Below are positions 31,034 through 39,966 of a stretch of DNA of 64,000 nucleotides, piece by piece; the first letter of the stretch is position 1; each line of letters opens with the position of its first letter. The notes beneath the pieces are model-generated. The model saw nothing but the letters and a program-made list of their open reading frames with translations, was not told the origin of the DNA and made no database searches. Source of the stretch: Terriglobales bacterium (GTDB lineage Bacteria; Acidobacteriota; Terriglobia; Terriglobales; Acidobacteriaceae); contig JBOGLH010000002.1 in NCBI GenBank assembly GCA_050746025.1, forward strand, positions 4,473 through 68,472, read 5' to 3'. Made by a program: the position numbers and the translations under genes.

Positions 31034-32035
31034 ATGACCTCCGCGCCCAAACGCAAGCTGCTTATCCTTACCCATCATCGCCTTGAGCTGTGGATCGCTC
31101 CGACATCGTTTGCGGAACGTTTGCGCGGCGAGTTCCCGCAGGTTGACGTTGCCCAACTGACCTCGTATGAAAATGTTGAGCAGCAAATCAAAGATGTCGA
31201 AATCCTGTTTGGAATTTCAATTCGTCCGGAACAGTTTCTCGCGGCACAAAAGCTACGCTGGATACACTCCCAGGCCGCGGCTGTGCATCAGCTCATGTTC
31301 CCCGAGTTGGTGAACAGCAACGTAATCATCACTAACGCGCGCGACGTCCACGGACCGGTGGTCGCCGAGCAGGTAATGGCAATGATCTATGCGCTGGCCA
31401 AGCAGATAGCAGCCGCGGTGCGTTTTCAGGAGAAGCACGAGTGGGGCCAGGACACGATTTCGAAGATGATCGCGCCCCGAGAAATTGCCGGCACAACTCT
31501 GGGATTAGTCGGTGTAGGCAGCATTGGACGAAATGTTGCGAAGCACGCGGCGGCACTCGGGATGTATGTAGTCGCTGTACGCGAACATCCTGAGAAGGAG
31601 AAACCGGAGCACGTGGATGAAGTCTGGCCCTCTTCACAGCTGCTGCACCTGCTGGGCCAATCAGATTACGTAGTGCTGTCCGCTCCGGTGACACCGGCAA
31701 GTACGGGTCTCATCGGAAAGGAACAACTCGCGGCGATGAAACCGCACGCTCGATTGATCAATGTCGGGCGAGGTCCACTGATCGATGAGCCCGCTCTGAT
31801 CGACGCCTTGCGCGACGGCAAAATCGGCGGGGCGGCCCTGGATGTCTTCGATAAGGAACCGCTGCCGGCAGATTCTCCGTTGTGGGATCTCGATAACCTT
31901 CTGATCATGCCGCACACGGCGGGAATTAGCGAAAAAATGTGGGAGCGCCACTACGAGCTCTTCTCTGAAAATTTGCGCCGGTACTTCGCCGGCCAGCCGT
32001 TACTCGGCCTGGTAGATAAAAACAGCGGCTATTGA
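31034..32035 (+). CDS. D-isomer-specific 2-hydroxyacid dehydrogenase family protein
   Basis: NAD-binding GLVGVGSIGRNVAKHAAALGM, together with NVGRGPLIDEPAL and PHTAG motifs. Confidence 0.85.
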   Translation: MTSAPKRKLLILTHHRLELWIAPTSFAERLRGEFPQVDVAQLTSYENVEQQIKDVEILFGISIRPEQFLAAQKLRWIHSQAAAVHQLMFPELVNSNVIITNARDVHGPVVAEQVMAMIYALAKQIAAAVRFQEKHEWGQDTISKMIAPREIAGTTLGLVGVGSIGRNVAKHAAALGMYVVAVREHPEKEKPEHVDEVWPSSQLLHLLGQSDYVVLSAPVTPASTGLIGKEQLAAMKPHARLINVGRGPLIDEPALIDALRDGKIGGAALDVFDKEPLPADSPLWDLDNLLIMPHTAGISEKMWERHYELFSENLRRYFAGQPLLGLVDKNSGY

Positions 32036-32132
32036 TTTTCCGGCTCGAATATTCCGCAGTAGTTTTGTATTTCGCGGCCGTGGAGCCACTCCTCGACCAC
32101 CATAATCGATGCTACACTCCGTTTAAAGCCAG

Positions 32133-34469
32133 ATGCGCATTCTGACCCGTTACATTCTCGGTGAAGTCACGTCGCACGCGCTGATCGGGGTCGCGATTTT
32201 CACTTTCGTGATCTACACGAAAGAGTTGGGGCAGATCCTCGAACTGGTTGTGCGCAACAGCGCGCCGCTGCCCAGCGCAGTCGAATTATTTCTGCTCATC
32301 ATTCCTGAGGCGCTTACCATTACCCTTCCCGCCGGTGTGCTGATTGGAATTCTCATCGGCTTAAGCCGCCTCGCCGCCGATAGCGAGATTACCGCGATGA
32401 AAGCCAGTGGAATCGGGATTGGCTCTTTCCTCAGAATTCTTTCTATTTTTTTCATTGCCGCGTGGCTGCTGGCGCTAGGCAACAGTCTCTATCTCGCTCC
32501 CCGATCCCAGCAGGCACTCAATCTTCTCCAAGAGAAGCTGAAGGGATCACAGGTTTCGTTCGAGGTCCAACCGCGCGTATTTTATGAGGGTTTTCCAAAG
32601 ATGGTCCTTTACGTTCATGACGTAAAGAGCGCCCAGGGTGCGGCCATCTGGAAAGGCGTTTTCCTTGCCGACACAAGTAATCCATCCGCGCCAAAAATCA
32701 CTTTGGCGGAAGAAGGGATTCTGGTCAGCGAAGGAAAGAACATGCTGCATCTGCATTTGATTAACGGCTCCTCGCACGAGACCGATCCGGCGATGCCGGA
32801 CAAATATCAGATCTCGACCTTCAAGGTGACTGATTTACCCATCTCGTTGCCAGAGTCGGCAACTGCAGCCAAAGACCAGCCCCCGGCGTTGATTTCAGAG
32901 ATCCCGACCTTCCAGTTACCGAAACTGGCGCGCAGCAGCAAAACGCGTTTGACCGCCCGCTGGTATTGGATTGAGTTCTACCGGCGTTTCGCTCTGCCCA
33001 CGGCTTGCATCGTGCTTGCCCTGGTGGGGTTTCCGCTCGGGCTCTCCGCCAAAAAAGGCGGCAAATCGGCGGGATTCGTTCTGACCATCGTGCTGGTCTT
33101 TGTCTACTATTTTTTGTCTTTGTTTGGAGTTTCGCTAGCCAGACAAGGCAAAGCACCGCCAGCGGCCGGAGTTTGGTTAGCCGATGTAGCTTTTTTAATC
33201 GGCGGCGTGCTCCTGCTGTGGCGGTCGGAACGGCGGCCATTTGAGATTGCGGTCCTGAAAGGAAGCTGGACTTCACTGAAAACCAGTTTTCGCGGCGGGA
33301 CTCTGCTATTGCCGACCACGGCATCAGAAAACGCCTTCGAGCGTGCCGCCACTCGCAAACGCGTGTTCAGCGCGAGCTTTCCCATGCTGATCGATGACTA
33401 CCTGCTTCGCGATTTCGTTTTTAATTTCGCGATGATCGTCGGAGCGCTGGTGGGATTGTCGCTCATCTTCACCGTGTTCGAACTTCTCGGCGACATTCTT
33501 CGCAATCAGATTTCCCCGTGGACAGTGGGCGAATACTTGCTCAATGTCACGCCATATTTTTTGTATAACGTTGCGCAATATGGTGTGCTGCTGACCGTCC
33601 TCATTACGCTTGGGCTGATGCAACGTTACAACGAGCTCACCGCCCTGAAGGCCACAGGGATGAGCATTTATCGCATTATTGTTCCGGTGTTGTTGGCTGG
33701 TGCGCTGGTCGCCGGCGGATTATTCATTGCCGACCAGTTTTATTTGCCGCACGCGAACAAGCGACAGGACGCGCTGCTGAACCAGATTAAGGGACGGCCG
33801 CCGCAGACCTACTTAAATCCCTCTCACAGGTGGATCTTTGGCCAGCATTCGACGATTTATTACTACCAGTTCTTCGACTCGGACAAGAACCAGTTCGGAA
33901 ACCTGTCGGTATTTCAATTCAATCCGAATACGTTCCAGTTAGTACGGCGAATTTATGCGGGACGTGCGCGCTGGGCCGACAACCTGAATCGATGGGTCTG
34001 CGAACAAGGCTGGGGGCGGGCCTTCCGAGGCTCTGCTATCCAAGACTACCGCCAGTATGACGTGTCAACATTCGCGGCGCTTTCGGAGCCACCACCCTAT
34101 TTCAAGAAGGAAGTGAAGCAGTCACTGGAGATGAACTACGAGCAGCTCAGCCGCTACATCCACGAACTACAGCAGAGTGGATTTGAAGTGGTAAAGCTGA
34201 AAGTGCAGTTGCAGAAGAAGATTGCGTTCCCGATTATCACGTTCGTGATGGGTGTTCTGGCAATTCCGTTTGCCCTCTCTGCAGGTCGGCGCGGAACCAT
34301 GGCCGGCGTAGCAATTGCGATCGCGATTGCGGTGGTTTATACGGTGATCTCGGGATTGTTCGAAGCTATGGGGAACATCAGTCAACTGCCGCCGACGCTG
34401 GCCGCATGGTCACCAGATATTATTTTCGCGCTGCTCGGCGGCTACATGATTTTGAAAGTTCCAACGTAA
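32133..34469 (+). CDS. Fused LptF-LptG-type (YjgP/YjgQ) LPS export permease, 778 aa
   Basis: The first half starts MRILTRYILGEV (LptF-like). The second half starts around residue 415 with MLIDDYLLRDFVFNF (LptG-like). Each half has TM clusters flanking a soluble beta-jellyroll-like insert. Confidence 0.75.
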   Translation: MRILTRYILGEVTSHALIGVAIFTFVIYTKELGQILELVVRNSAPLPSAVELFLLIIPEALTITLPAGVLIGILIGLSRLAADSEITAMKASGIGIGSFLRILSIFFIAAWLLALGNSLYLAPRSQQALNLLQEKLKGSQVSFEVQPRVFYEGFPKMVLYVHDVKSAQGAAIWKGVFLADTSNPSAPKITLAEEGILVSEGKNMLHLHLINGSSHETDPAMPDKYQISTFKVTDLPISLPESATAAKDQPPALISEIPTFQLPKLARSSKTRLTARWYWIEFYRRFALPTACIVLALVGFPLGLSAKKGGKSAGFVLTIVLVFVYYFLSLFGVSLARQGKAPPAAGVWLADVAFLIGGVLLLWRSERRPFEIAVLKGSWTSLKTSFRGGTLLLPTTASENAFERAATRKRVFSASFPMLIDDYLLRDFVFNFAMIVGALVGLSLIFTVFELLGDILRNQISPWTVGEYLLNVTPYFLYNVAQYGVLLTVLITLGLMQRYNELTALKATGMSIYRIIVPVLLAGALVAGGLFIADQFYLPHANKRQDALLNQIKGRPPQTYLNPSHRWIFGQHSTIYYYQFFDSDKNQFGNLSVFQFNPNTFQLVRRIYAGRARWADNLNRWVCEQGWGRAFRGSAIQDYRQYDVSTFAALSEPPPYFKKEVKQSLEMNYEQLSRYIHELQQSGFEVVKLKVQLQKKIAFPIITFVMGVLAIPFALSAGRRGTMAGVAIAIAIAVVYTVISGLFEAMGNISQLPPTLAAWSPDIIFALLGGYMILKVPT

Positions 34470-34472
34470 GTT

Positions 34473-35504
34473 TTAAGCTCTCGCCCCTTTGTGCTTCTCC
34501 ACCGTGCTCCATGTCTTATCTTCCGCATGGCAAACATTTTCGAGCGAGCAGTCAACGCATTTTGGAGAACGCGCAAAGCACAGCTTGCGTCCGTGCCAGA
34601 TGACCTGATGCGAAAACAATATCCACTTTTCCCGCGGGATCACGCCCATCAAGTCCTGTTCGATTTTCTTCGGATCATCGTTCCTGGTCATTTCCAGGCG
34701 GCGTGAGATGCGGTGAACGTGCGTATCCACAACCAGACCATCAGCTATCTTGAACCACGTCCCCAGCACAACGTTGGCGGTCTTCCGCGCAACTCCGGGC
34801 AGCGTGAGCAGGTCCTCCATTGTCTGCGGCACGTTGCCGCCGTATTCGTTAACCACTTTGCGCGCGGCGCCCACGACGGACTTCGACTTGTTGCGAAAGA
34901 AGCCAGTTGACCGAATGTCAGCCTCTAGCTGTTTCGGTTCTAATTTTGCGAAGTCCTGCACCGTGGGATATTTCTTGAATAGTTCCGGCGTGACCATGTT
35001 CACGCGCACATCGGTGGATTGCGCGGAAAGAATCGTGGCCACCAAAAGCTCCCAAGGATCTTTATGCGTAAGAGCGCAGGTCACGTCGGGATAGAGATGA
35101 TCGAGGCGCTTCAAAATTTCCGATACCCGCTCCGGCGAAGTCGGATTGTAGCCTTTTGACGCCCCATTTTTGGTCGCTCTCGATGCCATCTTCTTCGGAA
35201 CTTTAGTGGAACCCGAACCTGTGAAAGCTGTAGCGCCGAGCTTGCGCCCCTTACCCGGCTTCATCCGTGCTACAACCACGCCGGCCGTCAGTCTTCCGGC
35301 CTCATGTCGTCCGGTCTTAGCTGGCCTTCGCGGCATAATACCTCGCGGCATTTCTCCTCCTCGGCAGAATGCAATCTTAACAACAATCGGGCGGCCTTTT
35401 TTGATCTCGTCCAAAGGTTCACTTGCCTTTGCGATATTGACCACGACTTCGGAGCATTGACGCGCTACAGTGCTGCCGTTACTCTGGAATGAACTACTAC
35501 TCAC
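34473..35504 (-). CDS. nth: Endonuclease III (DNA glycosylase/AP lyase) with a possible ~120-aa basic N-terminal extension
   Basis: The HhH-GPD core is LVATILSAQSTDVRVN...LPGVARKTANVVL. The 4Fe-4S motif is CFARSPKCVDCSLENVC. Alternative internal starts are at 35351, 35336, 35264 and 35189. Confidence 0.88.
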   Translation of the reverse strand: MSSSSFQSNGSTVARQCSEVVVNIAKASEPLDEIKKGRPIVVKIAFCRGGEMPRGIMPRRPAKTGRHEAGRLTAGVVVARMKPGKGRKLGATAFTGSGSTKVPKKMASRATKNGASKGYNPTSPERVSEILKRLDHLYPDVTCALTHKDPWELLVATILSAQSTDVRVNMVTPELFKKYPTVQDFAKLEPKQLEADIRSTGFFRNKSKSVVGAARKVVNEYGGNVPQTMEDLLTLPGVARKTANVVLGTWFKIADGLVVDTHVHRISRRLEMTRNDDPKKIEQDLMGVIPREKWILFSHQVIWHGRKLCFARSPKCVDCSLENVCHAEDKTWSTVEKHKGARA

Positions 35505-35534
35505 ATTGTTTTAGGTTCCTGGGAGAAATTCAGC

Positions 35535-35759
35535 ATGGCAGTTAAGTCCATCCAGCTCGGGCAGGTTTGGCGCAAAGACGAAAACGCACAGGATTATCTC
35601 GTGACCAAGCTGTACAACGAAGTGTTCACCCAGTATGCGGTGCTTCGCCCGGCAGAGGTGAACGCTCCGGACGCGCCGACGGTGCGGGTGAAAGTTGCCA
35701 AAACCGCCGCCGGTGCGGCATTGCCCGGTTTCACGTTCACTCAGGATGGTTCGTTCTAG
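35535..35759 (+). CDS. Small hypothetical protein (74 aa)
   Basis: GGGAGA lies about 9 nt upstream of the ATG. No family was recognised. Confidence 0.4.
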   Translation: MAVKSIQLGQVWRKDENAQDYLVTKLYNEVFTQYAVLRPAEVNAPDAPTVRVKVAKTAAGAALPGFTFTQDGSF

Positions 35760-35775
35760 TTTTGAAGGCCGTAAT

Positions 35776-36285
35776 ATGTCGCCGGAAGAAATCCGACCCT
35801 TATTCGAGTACAACGCCTGGGCCAATCGACGGTCCCTGGCAGCAGCCGAGAAACTGACCCCCGAGCAATTCACTAAACCCATGGGCTCCAGCTTTCCTTC
35901 CGTGCGGGACACGCTTGCTCACATTTATGGCGCCGAGTGGATATGGCTGGAGCGCTTTCAGGGGCGGTCGCCATCGGCGTTGCCAAACGTTAGCCTATTC
36001 GCGGACGTGCGAACCCTGCGTGAGACCTGGGGGGTCCACGAAGAACGCCTGTTGGTATTCACCGCCGGACTTAGTCAAGCCGACCTCGACCGAAAAATGG
36101 AATATAAGACGCTCAAATTTGGCGTGTACTCCAATCCACTTTGGCAGTCTATGCTGCACGTGATCAATCACGGAACCTATCATCGCGGGCAAGTGACGAC
36201 ATTGCTACGGCAGCTTGGCGCCCAGCCCATCCTGCTGGACTTAATGCACTTCTATCGCGAACGTTCAACCGGGACAAATACCTGA
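35776..36285 (+). CDS. DinB-family (damage-inducible four-helix-bundle) protein
   Basis: LFEYNAWANRRSLAAAEKLTPEQF...TLAHIYGAEWIWLERF...INHGTYHRGQV. The start was chosen at MSPEEI. Confidence 0.8.
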   Translation: MSPEEIRPLFEYNAWANRRSLAAAEKLTPEQFTKPMGSSFPSVRDTLAHIYGAEWIWLERFQGRSPSALPNVSLFADVRTLRETWGVHEERLLVFTAGLSQADLDRKMEYKTLKFGVYSNPLWQSMLHVINHGTYHRGQVTTLLRQLGAQPILLDLMHFYRERSTGTNT

Positions 36286-36347
36286 GGTTGTACACTGTAA
36301 GAGCCGCACTCGGTTTGCTGATCAGGTAAAACACCCTCCCACTCACA

Positions 36348-36971
36348 ATGACTGAAAAACTTTTAGGCGCTTTATTCATTTTCATAAAAACACTCATCGC
36401 AGCCACGGGGTACGGCGGCATCGTCATACTCATGGCGATTGAATCGGCATGCATTCCTCTGCCCTCAGAACTGATCATGCCTTTCGCCGGCTATCTGGTA
36501 TTTACCGGCACCATGAAATTGTTTTGGGTTGCGACTGCGGGCGCCATCGGATGCAACCTGGGTTCGTTGGTCGCATACGAGATCGGGGCCTATGGAGGTC
36601 GCCCGCTTGTTGAGCGCTATGGCAAGTGGGTGCTCATGGGAAAACATGACCTTGACTGGGCGGACCACTTCTTTGCCCGCTGGGGATATCTGGCAGTAGT
36701 TATTGGGCGCATGCTGCCAGTAGTCAGAACTTTCATTGCCCTGCCTGCGGGAATCGCGCATATGCCGCGACTACGCTTTCATGTCTACACGTTTCTGGGA
36801 TCATGGCCCTGGTGCTTTTTACTGGCGTGGTTCGGAATGAAAATGGGCGAGAAATGGCGCGAGTTCGGCAAATACATGCACAAGTTTGATGTGGTCATCG
36901 TCGTGATTATCGCAGTCGGAATTATCTGGTTTGTGCGCTCGCATTGGAAGAACCGGCTGACCACCGCCTAA
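36348..36971 (+). CDS. DedA-family inner-membrane protein
   Basis: GYGGIVILMAIESACIPLPSELIMPFAGYL and GRMLPVVRTFIALPAGIAHM motifs. Confidence 0.85.
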   Translation: MTEKLLGALFIFIKTLIAATGYGGIVILMAIESACIPLPSELIMPFAGYLVFTGTMKLFWVATAGAIGCNLGSLVAYEIGAYGGRPLVERYGKWVLMGKHDLDWADHFFARWGYLAVVIGRMLPVVRTFIALPAGIAHMPRLRFHVYTFLGSWPWCFLLAWFGMKMGEKWREFGKYMHKFDVVIVVIIAVGIIWFVRSHWKNRLTTA

Positions 36972-36990
36972 GCGCGAGTTACCCGCTCAG

Positions 36991-37584
36991 TCACTTTTTC
37001 AAGATGGGATTGTAGCCGTCGTTCACCAATCGTGCCCGCATACTTTCGGCTTCTTTCACGTCGGTAAACGGCCCGACCTGCACGTGAAAAAGCTTGTCTG
37101 GAGTAGCGTCTGCGATGAAGGCCTGGTACTGGCGGCCCTTGAGCGACTCCACTAGAGCCTGAGCGTCCTCCTGCTTGCTTACGGCTGCCACCTGGACGAA
37201 GTAGCTGGCAACCGGCTGCGGAGGCGTAAGTGACGCTGACTGGTCGGGCGTCGATGGGCTCGCTGTAGAACTCGAATCCGGCGCAGCTTGCTGATTGTCG
37301 GCTGGCCTAATGTCGGTTGGTGTTTGCGCTGTCGGCGCACTCGATGTGGTAGACGATGATGGTGACAGCCGCGAGGGTCGAGAAGTACTGGGTGACGGAA
37401 GCAGTTCGGCACTCGATTTCGCTGAGCCATGGCCAATGGAATATCCCAGGCCAAAGAAGGTGGCGCAGAGAATGACCAGCCCAAAAAACAAGGCCAGCAT
37501 CTTGCCTGTTCCAAGAGTTATTTCTTTATCTTCCGAATACTCAGTTCGCGGATCGCGTGCTGGAGCTGCCATAACTGGACTCAT
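36991..37584 (-). CDS. SPOR-domain (septal peptidoglycan-binding) protein
   Basis: TM anchor, Ser/Pro/Thr-rich linker, and a C-terminal YFVQVAAVSKQEDAQALVESLKGRQYQAFI...FHVQVGPFTDVKEAESMRARL. Confidence 0.8.
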   Translation of the reverse strand: MSPVMAAPARDPRTEYSEDKEITLGTGKMLALFFGLVILCATFFGLGYSIGHGSAKSSAELLPSPSTSRPSRLSPSSSTTSSAPTAQTPTDIRPADNQQAAPDSSSTASPSTPDQSASLTPPQPVASYFVQVAAVSKQEDAQALVESLKGRQYQAFIADATPDKLFHVQVGPFTDVKEAESMRARLVNDGYNPILKK

Positions 37585-37605
37585 GAAATCCTCCCTAAGC
37601 CGAAC

Positions 37606-38388
37606 CTATTTCGGCGGTGCAATTTCCTTTCCTAGCAACTTCTGCATACCCGAAAAGAAATCCACAGGAACCGGGAAGACTACAGTTGTATTTTTCTCCA
37701 CACCGATCTCCGTCAGTGTCTGAAGGTACCGCAATTGAATGCTGACTGGCTCTGTGGCCAGTAAATTAGCTGCGTCGACCAACCGTTGTGCCGCGGAGAA
37801 TTCGCCCTCCGCGTGAATGATCTTCGAGCGCTTCTCGCGTTCGGCTTCCGCCTGCTTGGCCATGGCGCGCAGCATGGATTCAGGCATATCGACTTGCTTG
37901 ACCTCGACGTTAGCCACCTTCACGCCCCAGGGAGCGGTGTGCTGATCAAGAATGCTTTGTAAACGGAGATTGATCTTTTCGCGATGCGCCAGCAGTTCGT
38001 CGAGTTCAACTTCGCCCAGCACAGAACGCAGTGTGGTCTGTGCAAATTGGGATGTCTGATAAACGTAATTGGAAACTTCAACTACCGCGCGGGTAGGCTC
38101 GATGACGCGCAAAAAAATTACCGCGTTCACTTTTAGCGTGACGTTGTCACGAGTGATGATGTCTTGCGGTGGAACTTCCAGCGCTTCTTGCCGTAGCGAA
38201 ATTCGCACCATGCGGTCCACCGGCGCGAACACAAAAATCACGCCTGGCCCTTTGGCCTCATGGCGCAATCTGCCCAAGCGGAAAATCACACCGCGCTCGT
38301 ATTCGGCGAGTATTTTTATGGAGCTCAAGATGTACAACAGCAGAATGACAATGACAATTCCGAACGTGCCAATACCTAAATCCATCAT
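37606..38388 (-). CDS. SPFH/Band-7 (stomatin-like) protein
   Basis: ILAEYERGVIFRLGRL...QDIITRDNVTLKVNAVIFLRV...AEGEFSAAQRL. Confidence 0.9.
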   Translation of the reverse strand: MMDLGIGTFGIVIVILLLYILSSIKILAEYERGVIFRLGRLRHEAKGPGVIFVFAPVDRMVRISLRQEALEVPPQDIITRDNVTLKVNAVIFLRVIEPTRAVVEVSNYVYQTSQFAQTTLRSVLGEVELDELLAHREKINLRLQSILDQHTAPWGVKVANVEVKQVDMPESMLRAMAKQAEAEREKRSKIIHAEGEFSAAQRLVDAANLLATEPVSIQLRYLQTLTEIGVEKNTTVVFPVPVDFFSGMQKLLGKEIAPPK

Positions 38389-38512
38389 GAACTCCTCCTT
38401 TAAATGAAGGTGTGAGCTGATTGTACTGCACTAGCAGTGCAGGAGCGTGAGTTACCAGAGTTTATCGGGAAGATACACAGGCATCTGGTGGGTCTCTGGT
38501 CGGAAACCCATT

Positions 38513-38612
38513 AACCACGAAGGCCACGAAGCTTCACGAAGGAAGACCAAAACCCTTGCCGGTCGATTTTCCCGCCTCGATTCCTTCGTGTGACTTAGTG
38601 TCCTTCGTGGTT
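38513..38612. repeat. Intergenic inverted-repeat element, copy B. Same family as 22115-22200 but in the opposite orientation, with a 36-nt loop.
   Basis: The left arm is AACCACGAAGGCCACGAAGCTTCACGAAGGAA. The reverse complement of the right arm is AACCACGAAGGACACTAAGTCACACGAAGGAA. By eye the arm is about 26/31 identical to an arm of copy A. Confidence 0.8.
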
Positions 38613-38640
38613 ATCGCCTTTAGACACATTCACCACGAAT

Positions 38641-39945
38641 TCATATAGTCGTCTTCTGTGACTCGTGCACCGGGTCGACTTTAAGCTGCAATCCATCGAC
38701 CTTGTGTACGACCACTCGCTCGCCAGCAGATACGTTTGTATTGGCTATGGCGTCCCAAATCTCGCCATGGACGAAGACTTTGCCTGATGGAGCAAGCGGA
38801 GTTTGCGCAATCGCGACTTCTCCGATCAATCCTTCAACACCGGTTGTGATCTTGTTACGCCGCGCACGAAGCGCCACCGTCATCAGGAAGACCGTGATCG
38901 CTCCCAGGGGAACGCTCACTGCCAAAGCGGTAACCAACTTCACCCGCATTTCTGGAATGGGCGCATCGACCAGCAGGAGCGCTCCAATTACCAGCATCGT
39001 GATCCCGCCGATGCCTAGTACGCCATGACTGGCGAACTTAGCTTCCAGCGCAAACAAGACAAATGAGGCAAAGATCAACACCACCGCGGCAAAGCGAATG
39101 GGTAAAAGGTGCAAGGCGAAAACCGCCAAAAGAATAAAGACTATGCCGACGGTTCCCGGCCAGACGGCACCGGGATGGTTGAATTCGGTATAGATCCCGA
39201 GCGCACCAATCGCCAAAAGGATGAACGCGATATCGGGATCCATGAGGAACGCGAGGATATGTTCTTTGAGAGTTTCATCGACAACGACCTCGTGTTCGCT
39301 GGTCAGATTGAGAGTGACCGTCTGGCCGTTGAATCGCTTTACTGGCTTGGACGCGATCTGGCGAAACAAGTCCTGTTCATTCGGGGCGACGTAATCGATT
39401 AATTTCTGCGAAAGCGCTTCCCCATCAGTAAAGGACTTCGACTGCAGCACGGCGCTTTCGGCAACTTGCACGTTGCGTCCGCGCTTGGCGACAACCGAGC
39501 GCATCAGCGCGGTTGCATCCTGCTCAATTTTTTCCTTCATGGTGCCCTTGATGTCGCCGCCGAATGCGCCCACGGGATGCGCGGCGCCGGTATTAGTACC
39601 TGGAGCCATGGCGGCAATGTCCGCGCTTTCAAGAATGAAAAATCCGGCCGAAGCTGCGCGGCTGCCGCTTGGAGTCACATAAATGATCACTGGAACAGGC
39701 GAGGCGATGACCTTGCTCATGATCTCGCGCATGGCATCCATTAACCCGCCGGGGGTGCTGAGCTCGATAAGAACCGCATCGTCTTTTTCGGCTGCGGCCT
39801 GATTGAGCGCGCGTTCGATACGCTCTTCGGTTGCGGCTTGTATCGTGTCGTCGATTACCAGCTTGAGAACGTTTGCGTGAGCTAAAACAGGAAAGAGAAG
39901 AACCGATAGCAAGACAGGCAACAGAATTCGGCGAGCCATGTTCAC
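38641..39945 (-). CDS. NfeD-family membrane-bound ClpP-class serine protease
   Basis: LIELSTPGGLMDAMREI...GSRAASAGFFI, then multiple TM segments and a C-terminal OB-like domain. It lies upstream of the stomatin gene, which is the classic pairing. Confidence 0.85.
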   Translation of the reverse strand: MNMARRILLPVLLSVLLFPVLAHANVLKLVIDDTIQAATEERIERALNQAAAEKDDAVLIELSTPGGLMDAMREIMSKVIASPVPVIIYVTPSGSRAASAGFFILESADIAAMAPGTNTGAAHPVGAFGGDIKGTMKEKIEQDATALMRSVVAKRGRNVQVAESAVLQSKSFTDGEALSQKLIDYVAPNEQDLFRQIASKPVKRFNGQTVTLNLTSEHEVVVDETLKEHILAFLMDPDIAFILLAIGALGIYTEFNHPGAVWPGTVGIVFILLAVFALHLLPIRFAAVVLIFASFVLFALEAKFASHGVLGIGGITMLVIGALLLVDAPIPEMRVKLVTALAVSVPLGAITVFLMTVALRARRNKITTGVEGLIGEVAIAQTPLAPSGKVFVHGEIWDAIANTNVSAGERVVVHKVDGLQLKVDPVHESQKTTI

Positions 39946-39966
39946 ACTCCGGGAGAGCTGCTGCCC

